From the NCBI GenBank assembly GCA_963789955.1, contig CAWBMV010000022.1, positions 224,001 to 288,000 on the forward strand: 64,000 nucleotides of DNA, in the 5' to 3' direction. Numbering within the stretch: position 1 is the stretch's first letter; each line of letters opens with the position of its first letter. The DNA is from an uncultured Candidatus Rokubacteria bacterium (GTDB lineage: Bacteria; Methylomirabilota; Methylomirabilia; Rokubacteriales; CSP1-6). The notes under the pieces are model-generated. The model was not told where the DNA came from, ran no database searches, and saw nothing but the letters and a program-made list of their open reading frames with translations. Below are positions 42,941-52,339 of the stretch, piece by piece. The position numbers and the translations under genes are program-made.

Positions 42941-44145
42941 TGGGTCGCGTAGGCGCGCCGGCAGCGCTCGCGTAGCTCGGCCTCGTCGATCGCGCGCCCG
43001 GCGAAGCGCGCCGTCGAGATCTCCGACAGGTCGAGCTCGGACTTCCCGTCGACGATCCACTCGGCGAGCGCCTCGCCGAGCGCCGGTGACGCGCTGAGGC
43101 CGCCCACACAGCAGCCGCTCATCACCCAGGCGCCCGCGACGCCGGGCAGCGGCCCGACCAGGTAGCGGTCGTCGGTCGTGATCGTCGGCAGCCCGCCGCG
43201 GTGCTCGGCGATCTGGATCGCCGAGTCCTGGAAGATCGGGAACTGCTCGGCGACGCTCGCCGCGAGCCGCCGCAGTACCTCGATGTCGAGCGGCAGCTCG
43301 GCCATCTCGAACGCCGGCGGCAACGTCGCCGCGTCGACCTGCAGCGGATCGGACTCGTAGCCGCCGAGCATGAGGCCGCCGCGCTCGTGGCGAATGTAGA
43401 CGTTCGCGTCGATCACCCGCGCGATCGGGAACTCGGGGACGACGCCCGGGATCGGCTCGGTGATGAAGAGCTGATGGCGCGTCGGCACGACCTGCAGCGG
43501 CGCGCCGAGGGTTTCCGCGACGACCCGCGACCACGCTCCCGCGGCGTCGACCACCACGCGCGTGGCGATCGTGCCGTGCGGCGTGCGCACGCCTTCGACG
43601 CCTCGCGTGCCGATCTCGAAGCCGGTGGCGGGCGTGTTCGGCAGCAGGATGGCGCCCATCTTCTCCGCCGCGCGGCAATAGCCGATCGGCAGCTCCGACG
43701 GCTCGACGTTGCAGTCGGTCGGGCTCCAGGTGACGGCGGCGATGCCGCGCTCGCGCAGGATCGGCAGCCGGCGCCGCGCCTCGGCGGTCGAGACGAAGTC
43801 GATCGCGACGCCGACCTCGCGGCCCCGCTGGACCTCACGACCGAGCTGGGCGGCATCGCGCTCGTTGCGCGCGATCTTGAGGGCGCCGCTCTGGGTGAAC
43901 CGCAGCGGCTGGCCGGTCTCGTCGGTGAACGACGCGAGCTTCACGACCGCGCGACGGGCGATGGCGGTGAGAGCGGGGGTGGCACGCACTTGACTGCTGA
44001 GCCCGGCGGCGCGAGGCGAAGTTTGGGAGGCGAGACGGGAGCGATCGAGGAGAGCGACCCGCAGACCGTGCCGGGCGAGGTGATAGGCGACGCTCGAGCC
44101 GAAGGCGCCCGAGCCGATGACGACCGCGTCCGCCGCGTCGATCAT
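42919..44145 (-). CDS. FAD-dependent oxidoreductase (DAO/sarcosine oxidase-like)
   Basis: VVIGSGAFGSSVAYHLA, TSPRAAG, VVDAAGAWS. Confidence 0.88.
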   Translation of the reverse strand: MIDAADAVVIGSGAFGSSVAYHLARHGLRVALLDRSRLASQTSPRAAGLSSQVRATPALTAIARRAVVKLASFTDETGQPLRFTQSGALKIARNERDAAQLGREVQRGREVGVAIDFVSTAEARRRLPILRERGIAAVTWSPTDCNVEPSELPIGYCRAAEKMGAILLPNTPATGFEIGTRGVEGVRTPHGTIATRVVVDAAGAWSRVVAETLGAPLQVVPTRHQLFITEPIPGVVPEFPIARVIDANVYIRHERGGLMLGGYESDPLQVDAATLPPAFEMAELPLDIEVLRRLAASVAEQFPIFQDSAIQIAEHRGGLPTITTDDRYLVGPLPGVAGAWVMSGCCVGGLSASPALGEALAEWIVDGKSELDLSEISTARFAGRAIDEAELRERCRRAYATHYRADRE

Positions 44146-44158
44146 CGGCTCGGTAGCC

Positions 44159-44485
44159 TCAGTCGCGGAGCGTGTCGAGCCGCTTGACGATCTCTCGCTT
44201 GGGCGCCGCGCCCACCAGCCGGTCCTTCTCCTGGCCGAGCTTGAAGAACACCAGCTGCGGGATCGCCTGCACACCGAAGCGCGCCGCCAGCGCCGGCTCC
44301 TCGTCGACGTTCACCTTGGCGATCGTCGCCTGGTCGCCGACCTCGCGCGCGATCTCGTCGAGCACGGGCCCGATGACCCGGCACGGACCGCACCACGGCG
44401 CCCAGAAGTCGACGACAACCGGCCGCTCACTCGTCACGACGCCGTCGAATGTGGCGTTCGTCACGTGTACGATCGGATTGCTCAT
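44159..44485 (-). CDS. trxA: thioredoxin
   Basis: VVDFWAPWCGPCR, KVNVDE, GVQAIP. Confidence 0.9.
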   Translation of the reverse strand: MSNPIVHVTNATFDGVVTSERPVVVDFWAPWCGPCRVIGPVLDEIAREVGDQATIAKVNVDEEPALAARFGVQAIPQLVFFKLGQEKDRLVGAAPKREIVKRLDTLRD

Positions 44486-44554
44486 CGAGTCCACCCCCTT
44501 CGACCTTGAGACGCTACAATGCCGCGCATGGATTCCTCGCCCGCCCGCCCGCCG

Positions 44555-44944
44555 TCAGCTCGGGCGGGTCTCCAGGAACCGCGCCAGCTCGTTCATGTGC
44601 TCGTCGAAGAAGGCGAACACAGGGATCGAGCGGTAGCGACCCTGCTTCAGATACTGGTCCATCAGGTCGAGATTCGAGTCGCGCGGAAAGAGCCGCATCT
44701 CGATGTTCGCGCGGCCCTCGACGAGCTTGGCCACGAACGGCACGTGGGCCAGACAGGTGCCGCACCAGTCCTCGCTGATGACGAGCACGCGGCGCGCCCC
44801 GCCGAGCCGCTCCAGAATCTGCGCCTCGTCGGGCCGGATCGTCACCTCGTCGAGCGCCTCGACGAATCGCTCGCGATTGACGGACATGTGATCGACGTAC
44901 TGCTGCAGGGTCAACCCCTGCTCGAACCGCTCTTTCGTGACCAC
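44555..44944 (-). CDS. thioredoxin-fold protein
   Basis: ISEDWCGTC, FPRDSNLDLMD, SIPVF. Confidence 0.85.
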   Translation of the reverse strand: MVTKERFEQGLTLQQYVDHMSVNRERFVEALDEVTIRPDEAQILERLGGARRVLVISEDWCGTCLAHVPFVAKLVEGRANIEMRLFPRDSNLDLMDQYLKQGRYRSIPVFAFFDEHMNELARFLETRPS

Positions 44945-44963
44945 CGACGCTCCCGATTTGTAA

Positions 44964-45015
44964 GCGCGCCTCGTCCGGCGGGGCCCCAGCCCCGTGACGG
45001 CCTGCGGCGCGCACT
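44964..45015 (+). repeat. 52-bp structured dispersed repeat, copy B
   Basis: 47/52 identical to 5150..5201; upstream of the 45079 gene. Confidence 0.8.
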
Positions 45016-45078
45016 ACCACGACACCGATCCACCCCGGCCTGGGTACCCTACCACGGAAGCATGGAGGCTCAGCCCGC

Positions 45079-46173
45079 ATGAAGATCACGCGAGTTCAGA
45101 CGCTCGTGCTCAACCTTCCGATGCTGATCGACGGGCCCACGCCGATGCTCGGCGGCCGGCCGCGGACCAGCATCGACATGCTGCTCGTGCGCGTCGAGAC
45201 CGACGGCGGGATCGTCGGCTGGGGCGAGGCGTTCGGCCATCGGGTCTTCCCGGCCACGCGCGCCATCATCGACACCGTGCTCGGGCCCATGTGCGTCGGG
45301 CGCGATCCGAGCCAGATCTCCGCGATCAACGACGACGTCCAGCGCGTGGTGCACGGGATCGGCCGCAACGGGCCGACCATGTACGCGCTGTCGGGCATCG
45401 ACATCGCGCTCTGGGACATCGCGGGCAAGGTGGCCGGCGTGCCGCTCTACCGCCTGCTCGGCGGAAGCCCACGCGCCGATCTCCCGGCCTATGCGAGCCT
45501 TCTGCGCTACGGCGCCGCCGATGCGGTCGCTCGCTATACCGAGCAGGCGCTCGGCCGCGGCTATCGGCTCATCAAGCTGCACGAGATCACGGTGCCCGAG
45601 GTGAAGGCCGCGCGCGACGTCGCCGGACCGACGATCCCGATCATGGTCGACACGAACTGTCCGTGGACCGTGCCCCAGGCGATCGAGATGGCGCGCCGCC
45701 TGGCGCCGCTCGACCTGCACTGGCTCGAAGAGCCGGTGTGGCCGCCCGAGAACCTCGCGGGGCTCGCCGAGGTGCGCACGCGCGGCGGCATCCCGACCGC
45801 GGCGGGCGAGAACTACGGCACGGCGTGGGAGTTTCGCCGCGCGATGGAGGCGGGCGCGATCACGTATGCCCAGCCGAGCGTCACGAAGGTCGGCGGCGTG
45901 ACCGAGATGCGCAAGGTGATGACGCTCGGCGAGATGTTCGGCGTGCAGGTCGTGCCGCACTCGGCCTATTTCGGCCCGGGCCTGCTCGCGTCGATCCACT
46001 GCATCGCGGCGATGGCCAGCGACTCGCCGGTCGAGCGCTTCTACTGCGACTTCGCCGACAATCCGTTGAACGACGCGATCGATCCCAAGGGCGGCCGCAT
46101 CGCGGTGCCCCAGGGCCCGGGCCTCGGCGTGGATCCCGACCCGCGCCTGCTCGAGAAGCTGCGGACGGGATAG
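45079..46173 (+). CDS. mandelate racemase/muconate lactonizing enzyme family protein
   Basis: GWGEA, SGIDIALWDIAGK, MVDTN, WLEEP, AAGEN, VVPH. Confidence 0.9.
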   Translation: MKITRVQTLVLNLPMLIDGPTPMLGGRPRTSIDMLLVRVETDGGIVGWGEAFGHRVFPATRAIIDTVLGPMCVGRDPSQISAINDDVQRVVHGIGRNGPTMYALSGIDIALWDIAGKVAGVPLYRLLGGSPRADLPAYASLLRYGAADAVARYTEQALGRGYRLIKLHEITVPEVKAARDVAGPTIPIMVDTNCPWTVPQAIEMARRLAPLDLHWLEEPVWPPENLAGLAEVRTRGGIPTAAGENYGTAWEFRRAMEAGAITYAQPSVTKVGGVTEMRKVMTLGEMFGVQVVPHSAYFGPGLLASIHCIAAMASDSPVERFYCDFADNPLNDAIDPKGGRIAVPQGPGLGVDPDPRLLEKLRTG

Positions 46174-46180
46174 CGGCGCC

Positions 46181-46762
46181 ATGGCCGAGGAAGCGGCGCG
46201 GGCCGAACAACCGACGCCGGCGAGAACCGTGCCCGGATATCTCCCGGGTACGGACATGCCGCGGTTCATCCGCGACATGATGGAGTTCGTCGGGATGTCA
46301 GAGGCCGACGTGGCCGCGATCCGCCGCTCGGCGCCGAACGTGCTGAGCCACGAGCGAGAGCTGACGACCGCCCTCTACGATCACTTCATCAAGTTCCCGC
46401 GCTCGGCGCAGTTCTTCCTCAAGCCGGACGGCGAGGTGGACCAGGCGCGGCTGGAGCGCCGCAAGCACAGTCTCGGGCGGTGGCTGCGCGAGACCGCCGA
46501 GGCGGCGATCACGCAGGAGTTCTCGTACTACCTGCTCAGCGCCGCGCTCGCGCACGGGCATCGCGCCCAGCCGCCCGGCTCGATCCCGCAGCACCTGATG
46601 GTCGGCGCGATGAGCCTGACGCAGTCGGCGCTCGCGGGGATTTTCGCTCAGGAGCTCGGCGCCGAGGAAGCGGCGGCCGCGAGCGTCGCGTGGAACAAGC
46701 TGCTGCTCGTACAGCTCAGCGTGTTCATGCTCGCGTACGTGCCGCCGCGCGCGATCTTGTGA
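46181..46762 (+). CDS. stand-alone protoglobin/sensor-globin domain protein
   Basis: FVGMSEAD, LYDHF (B10 Tyr), WLRE, LAH (proximal His), AWNKLL. Confidence 0.7.
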   Translation: MAEEAARAEQPTPARTVPGYLPGTDMPRFIRDMMEFVGMSEADVAAIRRSAPNVLSHERELTTALYDHFIKFPRSAQFFLKPDGEVDQARLERRKHSLGRWLRETAEAAITQEFSYYLLSAALAHGHRAQPPGSIPQHLMVGAMSLTQSALAGIFAQELGAEEAAAASVAWNKLLLVQLSVFMLAYVPPRAIL

Positions 46763-46794
46763 GCGACTGAGTCTTCTGAGCGACTAGCACGCGC

Positions 46795-47262
46795 TCAGGC
46801 GTTCCACTCCCGCGGGCCCTCGTCGTCGTAGCCGCACTGCTCGCACGGGCTGAAGTAGTGCGTCGCCGGCGGCATGGCGACAGCCAGACGCAGCGAGTTC
46901 TCGGTGCCCACCGTCTTGATGTGATGCACGGTGCCGCGCGGCACCCAGACGATGTCGTCCTTGCGCGCCTCGACGACGATGCCGCCGGTCAGCTCCCAGG
47001 TGAACTCGCCCGCCATCACGACCCACCACTCGTCGAAGTCGGCGTGCCAGTGCGGGCGATTGCCGCCGCCCGGCCGGTTGGCGATCAACGTGACGAGGTT
47101 GCGCTCGTCCTGGATGACCCGCCGCGACCACGGCGGCGGGCCCATCTTGGCCACGAGATCGGCGACGCGGGTGCGCAGCATGTTGGGCCCGTCGGCGCTC
47201 GCGGCGCGGGGCGGCGTCGGTCCGGTGGCGAAGTGGGGAATCGTGATCGTCGTGATCGGCAC
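46795..47262 (-). CDS. cupin domain protein
   Basis: PHWHADFDEWWVVMAGE and WVPRGTVHHI cupin motifs. Confidence 0.85.
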   Translation of the reverse strand: MPITTITIPHFATGPTPPRAASADGPNMLRTRVADLVAKMGPPPWSRRVIQDERNLVTLIANRPGGGNRPHWHADFDEWWVVMAGEFTWELTGGIVVEARKDDIVWVPRGTVHHIKTVGTENSLRLAVAMPPATHYFSPCEQCGYDDEGPREWNA

Positions 47263-47283
47263 GTCTGCCCTCCGTGTGAGTCT

Positions 47284-48234
47284 CTACAGCACCCGGCGAA
47301 TGGCCGCCTCGATCCGGGCCCGGTCGGGCAGCGCGGCCTGCTCCAGCGGCGGGCTGAACGGAACCGGAACCGGCGCCGCGCACACGCGCTGCACCGGCGC
47401 CTTGAGCGCCCGGAACGTCTCGGGATCCTCGGTGACCAGCGCGGCGATCTCGGACGCCGCCGAGCATGTCGCCGGCGCCTCGTCGACCACGACGAGCCGT
47501 CCGGTCCGGCGCACCGACGCGCGAATCGCCTCGGCGTCCATCGGCACCAGGGTGCGCGGGTCGACGACCTCGATCGAGATGCCTTCCTTGGCCAGCGCAT
47601 CCGCGACCGCGAGCGCCTCGCGCACGTAGTAGGCGAGCCCGACGACGGTGACGTCGCGGCCGGCGCGCTTCACGTCGGCGACGCCGATCGGCACGGTGTG
47701 ATCGCCGTCCGGCACCGGCCCGCTGACACCGGCGAGGCGGCTGCACTCGAAGAAGATCACCGGGTTATTGTCGCGGATCGAGCTCTTGAGGAGCCCCTTC
47801 GCGTCCGCCGGCGTCGACGGCAGGATGATCTTCAATCCGGCGAGGTGCATGAACATCGAGTACGGGCTCTGCGAGTGCTGGGCGGCGATCTGCGCGCCGC
47901 CGCCCGTCGTGCATCGATAGGTCACCGGGAAGTTGGCCTGGCCGCCGAACATGTACCGGATCTTGCTCGCCTGGTTGACGATCTGATCCATCGCGACGAA
48001 CGAGAAGGTGACCATGCCCCAGTGCACGACCGGGCGGAGCCCGCTGCCCGCCGCGCCCAGGCCGATGCCCGTGAAGGCCGCCTCGGAGATCGGCGTGAAG
48101 CGCACGCGGCGGTCGCCGAACTTGTTCTCGAGCGCCGGCGCGCGGACGGTGGCCATCGTGATGACGCGTTCGTCCCGCTCCATCTCCTCGATCATCGCTT
48201 CCTCGAGCGCCTGGGCGACCGTGATCTCACGCAC
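47284..48234 (-). CDS. 2-oxoacid/acetoin dehydrogenase E1 beta subunit
   Basis: TPISEAAFTG, AQHSQS, DAKGLL, EVVDPRTLVP. Confidence 0.9.
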   Translation of the reverse strand: MREITVAQALEEAMIEEMERDERVITMATVRAPALENKFGDRRVRFTPISEAAFTGIGLGAAGSGLRPVVHWGMVTFSFVAMDQIVNQASKIRYMFGGQANFPVTYRCTTGGGAQIAAQHSQSPYSMFMHLAGLKIILPSTPADAKGLLKSSIRDNNPVIFFECSRLAGVSGPVPDGDHTVPIGVADVKRAGRDVTVVGLAYYVREALAVADALAKEGISIEVVDPRTLVPMDAEAIRASVRRTGRLVVVDEAPATCSAASEIAALVTEDPETFRALKAPVQRVCAAPVPVPFSPPLEQAALPDRARIEAAIRRVL

Positions 48235-48245
48235 TGGCTTGCTCC

Positions 48246-49220
48246 TTACTCGGCGAACATGTCGACGAGCAGATCGTTCGGGTCGGGGTAGGGGCTCTTC
48301 TCCGCGAACTCGACCGCCGCCTCCAGGTCGCGCTTCACCCCGGCGCGGATCTCGGCGACGTCGGCCGGCGTGACGAGACCGCGACCGGTCAGCAGATCCT
48401 CGAACCGCCCGACGGCATCGCGGTCGCGCGCCCTCCACTCGGCGAGGATCTCCGGCGACCGCGTCTCGGGCGGCGGCGCGTCGCGCATCGCGTGGAAGAG
48501 CGAGCGGAACGTCTTGCAGTGGAGCAGGGTCGGCCCGTCGCCGCGCCGCGCCCGCTCGACCGCCTGCGCGGCCGCGTCGCGGACCGCGAGCACGTCGTTA
48601 CCGTCCACCGAGACGCCGGGCAGCCCGTAGGCCGGCGCGTGCAGCGCGATGTCGGTGACCTGGCGCACCGACTCGACCGCGTTGCCGGCGCCGTAGCGGT
48701 TGTTCTCGCACACGAAGAGCAGCGGCAGCTTCCAGAGCGAGGCGATGTTGAGCGTCTCGTGGAACTCGCCCTCGCCGGTGGCGCCGTCGCCGAAGAAGCA
48801 CGCGGCGACACCGCCGCGGTCTTCCATCTGGGCGGCGAGCGCCGCGCCGCAGGCGATCGGCATGCCGCCGGCGACGATGCCGTTGGCGCCGAGCATCCCG
48901 ATGGCGAAGTCGGCGATGTGCATCGAGCCGCCCTTGCCCTTGCAGTAGCCGTCGACCCGGCCGAAGAGCTCGGCCATCATGCGGTTGATGTCGGCGCCCT
49001 TGGCGATGCAGTGGCCGTGGCCCCGATGCGTGCTGGTGATGCGATCGCTTGGACGCAGCGCGGCGCACACGCCGACGGCGACGGCTTCCTCGCCGACGTA
49101 GGGATGCAGCGCGCCGTAGATCCGCTTCGCCTTGCGCAGCTCGATCGCGAGCAGATCGAACTCGCGGATCAGGATCATCTTGCGGAGGATCTCGACCAGC
49201 TCGGTCTTGTCCTGTGACAC
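48246..49220 (-). CDS. 2-oxoacid/acetoin dehydrogenase E1 alpha subunit (ThDP)
   Basis: HRGHGH, GKGGSMH, FFGDGA, CENNRY, VDGND. Confidence 0.9.
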   Translation of the reverse strand: MSQDKTELVEILRKMILIREFDLLAIELRKAKRIYGALHPYVGEEAVAVGVCAALRPSDRITSTHRGHGHCIAKGADINRMMAELFGRVDGYCKGKGGSMHIADFAIGMLGANGIVAGGMPIACGAALAAQMEDRGGVAACFFGDGATGEGEFHETLNIASLWKLPLLFVCENNRYGAGNAVESVRQVTDIALHAPAYGLPGVSVDGNDVLAVRDAAAQAVERARRGDGPTLLHCKTFRSLFHAMRDAPPPETRSPEILAEWRARDRDAVGRFEDLLTGRGLVTPADVAEIRAGVKRDLEAAVEFAEKSPYPDPNDLLVDMFAE

Positions 49221-49304
49221 GCGTGTCCTCCCGGCCCAGGATCGGGCTGAATTCGGCGCTAGTGTAGGCCAGATTCCGCGCCGGGGCCAGGCACGCGGCG
49301 CACA

Positions 49305-49323
49305 TGGTATAACTGCCGGCATG
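49305..49323 (+). promoter_or_regulatory. extended -10 promoter for a probable leaderless transcript
   Basis: TG-G-TATAAC 7 nt upstream of ATG 49321, no SD sequence. Confidence 0.45.
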
Positions 49324-50373
49324 CACTTCGGACTCTTCGTCGAGGAGATGCGTCGCGGCGCCACGGCGGTCTCGGCGTTCGACGACGCGTTCGAGCTGGC
49401 CGACATCGCCGAAGCCTGGGGCATGGACTGCGTCTGGCTCGGCGAGATCCATTTCACCCCGGCGCGCTCGGTGATCTCCGCCTCGCTCCTGATGGCGAGC
49501 TCGATCGCCACGCGGACCAAGCGGCTGCGCGTCGGCACGGCCGTCCAGGTGCTGCCGCTGAATCATCCCTTGCGCATCGCCGAAGAGATCGCGACGATCG
49601 ATCAGATCAGCAAGGGCCGCTTCGAGTTCGGCATCGGCCGCAGCGGGGTCGTGCGCAGCTACGACGTCTACGGCGTGCCGTACGGCGAGAGTCAGGCGCG
49701 CTTTCACGAAACGCTGACGATCTTGCGCGAGGCGTGGAAGGGCGAGCCGTTCAGTCACGCCGGCGAGTTCTATCGCTTCGAGAACGCCACGGTGTCGCCG
49801 CGCCCGTACCAGACGCCGCATCCGCCGATCCGCATGGCGACGACGTCCCACGAGACGTTCGGCGTGGCGGGCCGCCTCGGCCTGCCGATCTTCGTCGGGC
49901 TGCGCGCGACGGATATGAATGATCTCAAGGTGTCGCTCGCGTCGTATCGCAAGGCCTGGAGCGATGCGGGGCACACGGGTACGCCGAGCGCGTACGTGCG
50001 CATCCCCGTCTACGCCGCCGCGACCGAGCGCGCGGCGATCGAGGAGCCGCGCGAGAGCATCGCGGCGTTCTTCGAGCGGCAATCAGCGCTCGCGCGCTCG
50101 GCGGTCGGCCGCGCGGGCGCCGGGCCCGCCGAGCAGCGGAGCTTCCAGGCCGAGCGCATGGCGAATCTCTCGTACGAAGACGTGCTCGAGAAGAAGGTCG
50201 CGTTCGGCACCCCGGCGCAGCTGATCGAGCGTCTGACGAAGCTGCGCGCCGAGCTCGGCATCGACGGCATCTTGCTCGAGCCGAACTCCGGCGGGCTCAT
50301 CCCGCCCGCGCTCGAGCGCGAGAGCCTGCGGCTCTTTACCCACGAGGTGATCCCAGCGTTCAGGAGGTCCTAG
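49321..50373 (+). CDS. LLM-class flavin-dependent oxidoreductase
   Basis: MHFGLF, VWLGEIHF, HPLRIAEE, PRPYQTPHPPI, LFTHEVIPAF. Confidence 0.9.
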   Translation: MHFGLFVEEMRRGATAVSAFDDAFELADIAEAWGMDCVWLGEIHFTPARSVISASLLMASSIATRTKRLRVGTAVQVLPLNHPLRIAEEIATIDQISKGRFEFGIGRSGVVRSYDVYGVPYGESQARFHETLTILREAWKGEPFSHAGEFYRFENATVSPRPYQTPHPPIRMATTSHETFGVAGRLGLPIFVGLRATDMNDLKVSLASYRKAWSDAGHTGTPSAYVRIPVYAAATERAAIEEPRESIAAFFERQSALARSAVGRAGAGPAEQRSFQAERMANLSYEDVLEKKVAFGTPAQLIERLTKLRAELGIDGILLEPNSGGLIPPALERESLRLFTHEVIPAFRRS

Positions 50374-50375
50374 CC

Positions 50376-51254
50376 ATGGCGACGGTCGGGTCCGGCAAAT
50401 ACAAATACGAGCTGACCGAGAGCTGGGGGCAGCTGCCGACGGGCCACACGTTCGGCAACGTCAGCGCCATCGCCACCGATTCGCAGGATCGGGTCTACGT
50501 GTTCCAGCGCAAGGACCCGCCCGTGATGGTCTTCGACCGGGACGGCAAGCACCTCGGCGCCTGGGGCATCGGCGCGTTCGCCAATCCGCACGGCATCTAC
50601 ATCGCCAACGACATCGTGTACCTGACGGATCGCGACGATTCGGTGTGCCTCATGTACACCCTCGACGGCAAGCCGCTCCAGGTGCTGGGCCGCCGCGGCG
50701 TTCACTCGGACACCGGATGCGAGAAGCCGGGCGAGCTCGTCCCGCGCTCGGCCGGCCCGTTCAACTACCCGACGGAGATGGTGCCGTCGCCGTCCGGCCA
50801 GCTCTACGTGACCGACGGCTATCGCAACGCCCGCGTGCATCGCTTCGACGCCGACGGCCGGCTGCTCGGATCGTGGGGACACCCGGGCAAGACCGAGCCG
50901 GATCACTTCCACTTGCCGCACAGCCTGGTGGTCGACGCGCGCGGCCTGGTCTACGTGTGCGACCGCGAGAACAACCGCATCCAGGTCTTCGCGGCGGACG
51001 GCAAGTTCCTGACGATCTGGCCCGATCTGCGCCGGCCCCTGGATATCTCCATCGATCGCGACGGCCTCTTCTGCATCAGCGAGGGCGGCGTCAGCGGACT
51101 CTCGCCGCGCATCAGCCTGATGGACCCGCAAGGGAAGGTGGTCGCGCGCTGGGACTCGCTCTCGGCGCACGGCAGCTGGATCGACGCGCGCGGGGATATC
51201 TACCTGGCGCTCGGCTCGCGGATGCGCGTCGACAAGTACGTGCGGCAGAGCTAG
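50376..51254 (+). CDS. NHL-repeat protein (peptidyl-alpha-hydroxyglycine lyase-like)
   Basis: FANPHGI, FNYPT, YVTDGYRNARVH, FHLPHSL, VCDRENNRIQVF. Confidence 0.88.
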   Translation: MATVGSGKYKYELTESWGQLPTGHTFGNVSAIATDSQDRVYVFQRKDPPVMVFDRDGKHLGAWGIGAFANPHGIYIANDIVYLTDRDDSVCLMYTLDGKPLQVLGRRGVHSDTGCEKPGELVPRSAGPFNYPTEMVPSPSGQLYVTDGYRNARVHRFDADGRLLGSWGHPGKTEPDHFHLPHSLVVDARGLVYVCDRENNRIQVFAADGKFLTIWPDLRRPLDISIDRDGLFCISEGGVSGLSPRISLMDPQGKVVARWDSLSAHGSWIDARGDIYLALGSRMRVDKYVRQS

Positions 51255-51266
51255 CGCTTCGCCGCT

Positions 51267-52183
51267 TTACTTCTTCGCGACCGGCACGGGGATGCCGGGA
51301 ATCTTCACGTCGACCGAGCCCAGGTGGTTGCGGCTCGTGAAGTAGAGCGTCTTCCAGTCGTCGCCGCCGAAGGCGATGTTCGTCGTGGCCGGAGCCCCGT
51401 GCACGATCCGGCCGAGCTTCTTGCCGCGCGGATCCATGATCCAGATCCCGCCGGCGCCGCCGCAGTACACGTTGCCTTCCACGTCGACCTTCATGCCGTC
51501 GGGCACGCCCGGCTCGTCGCCGCCGAGATCCGCGAAGACACGATCGGTCTGCTTCGCGAGCGTGCCGTTGGGCAGCAGATCGAAGGCACGGATGTGCTTG
51601 CGCCGCGTGTCGTTGATGTAGAGGACACTCTCGTCCGGCGAGAACGCGAGCCCGTTGGGCAACACGAAGTCGTCGATCGAGCAGGGTGTAGGTGCCGAGA
51701 TCGGGCGTGAGGCGGTAGACGCCGGAGAAGGTGAGGTCCCACTGCTCGGGGGCGAGGGGACTGGTCCACGGATCGGTGAAGTAGATGCAGCCGTCGGATT
51801 TGACCACGACGTCGTTGGGACGGTTCAGCCGCCGGCCCTGAAAGCTGTTGGCGAGCACCGTGAGGCTGCCGTCGAGCTCCAGCCGCGTGACGCGCCGGCT
51901 GTCGTGCTCGCAGGCGATCGAGCCGACCCTGGAGATCGCGCGTGAGCCCGTTGGCGCGGTTCGTCGGCTCGAGGAACAGCGACACGCCCTGGCCGGGCAC
52001 GTACTTCATCCGCTTGTTGTTGTGGATGTCGCTGAACAGCAGGTAGCGACCTTCCTTCCACCAGAGCGGCCCCTCGGCGGGACCCTGAGCGCCGCCGAAT
52101 CCGTCGGCCAGCGCGCGGATGGGCTCGGACGTCGCGATGATCTTTTCCAGCTCGGGGGCGAATTGTTCGATCTTGGTGGCCAT
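51267..52183 (-). CDS. SMP-30/gluconolactonase family protein; frameshifts near 51920 and 51680
   Basis: EGPLW..LLFSDI, ANGLT, LNRPNDVV, PNGLAFSPDE, PDGMKVDVEGN. Confidence 0.88.
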
Positions 52184-52339
52184 GATGACTCCTTGCGCAC
52201 GCGGCCCCGGGGACCCGCGGTGCCGGCTTGCTGTATCAGTTCGTCGACTCTTGCCGGCTGCTTCGACCGGCGCCTACTCTCCTATCAACTATGGCGCTCG
52301 AGATCAACGATGGCGTGCGCTATGCGCTGACGCCGGCGC

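Noticed and set aside
154..50082. Many long antisense or alternate-frame ORFs (e.g. 12965..14380, 26434..28425, 30217..31953, 36721..38865)
   Set aside because: Shadow ORFs expected at high GC; Arg/Ala/Pro-rich with no motifs and overlapping well-supported genes
211..52183. Programmed frameshifting or mass pseudogenisation in about 20 split genes
   Set aside because: Single-base indels at unrelated sites, no shared slippery motif and intact catalytic motifs on both sides; most simply uncorrected long-read errors
52225..52300. LexA/SOS box upstream of intI
   Set aside because: CTGTATCAGTTCGTCG has only the CTGT half and no ACAG; the lineage-specific LexA motif is unknown to me
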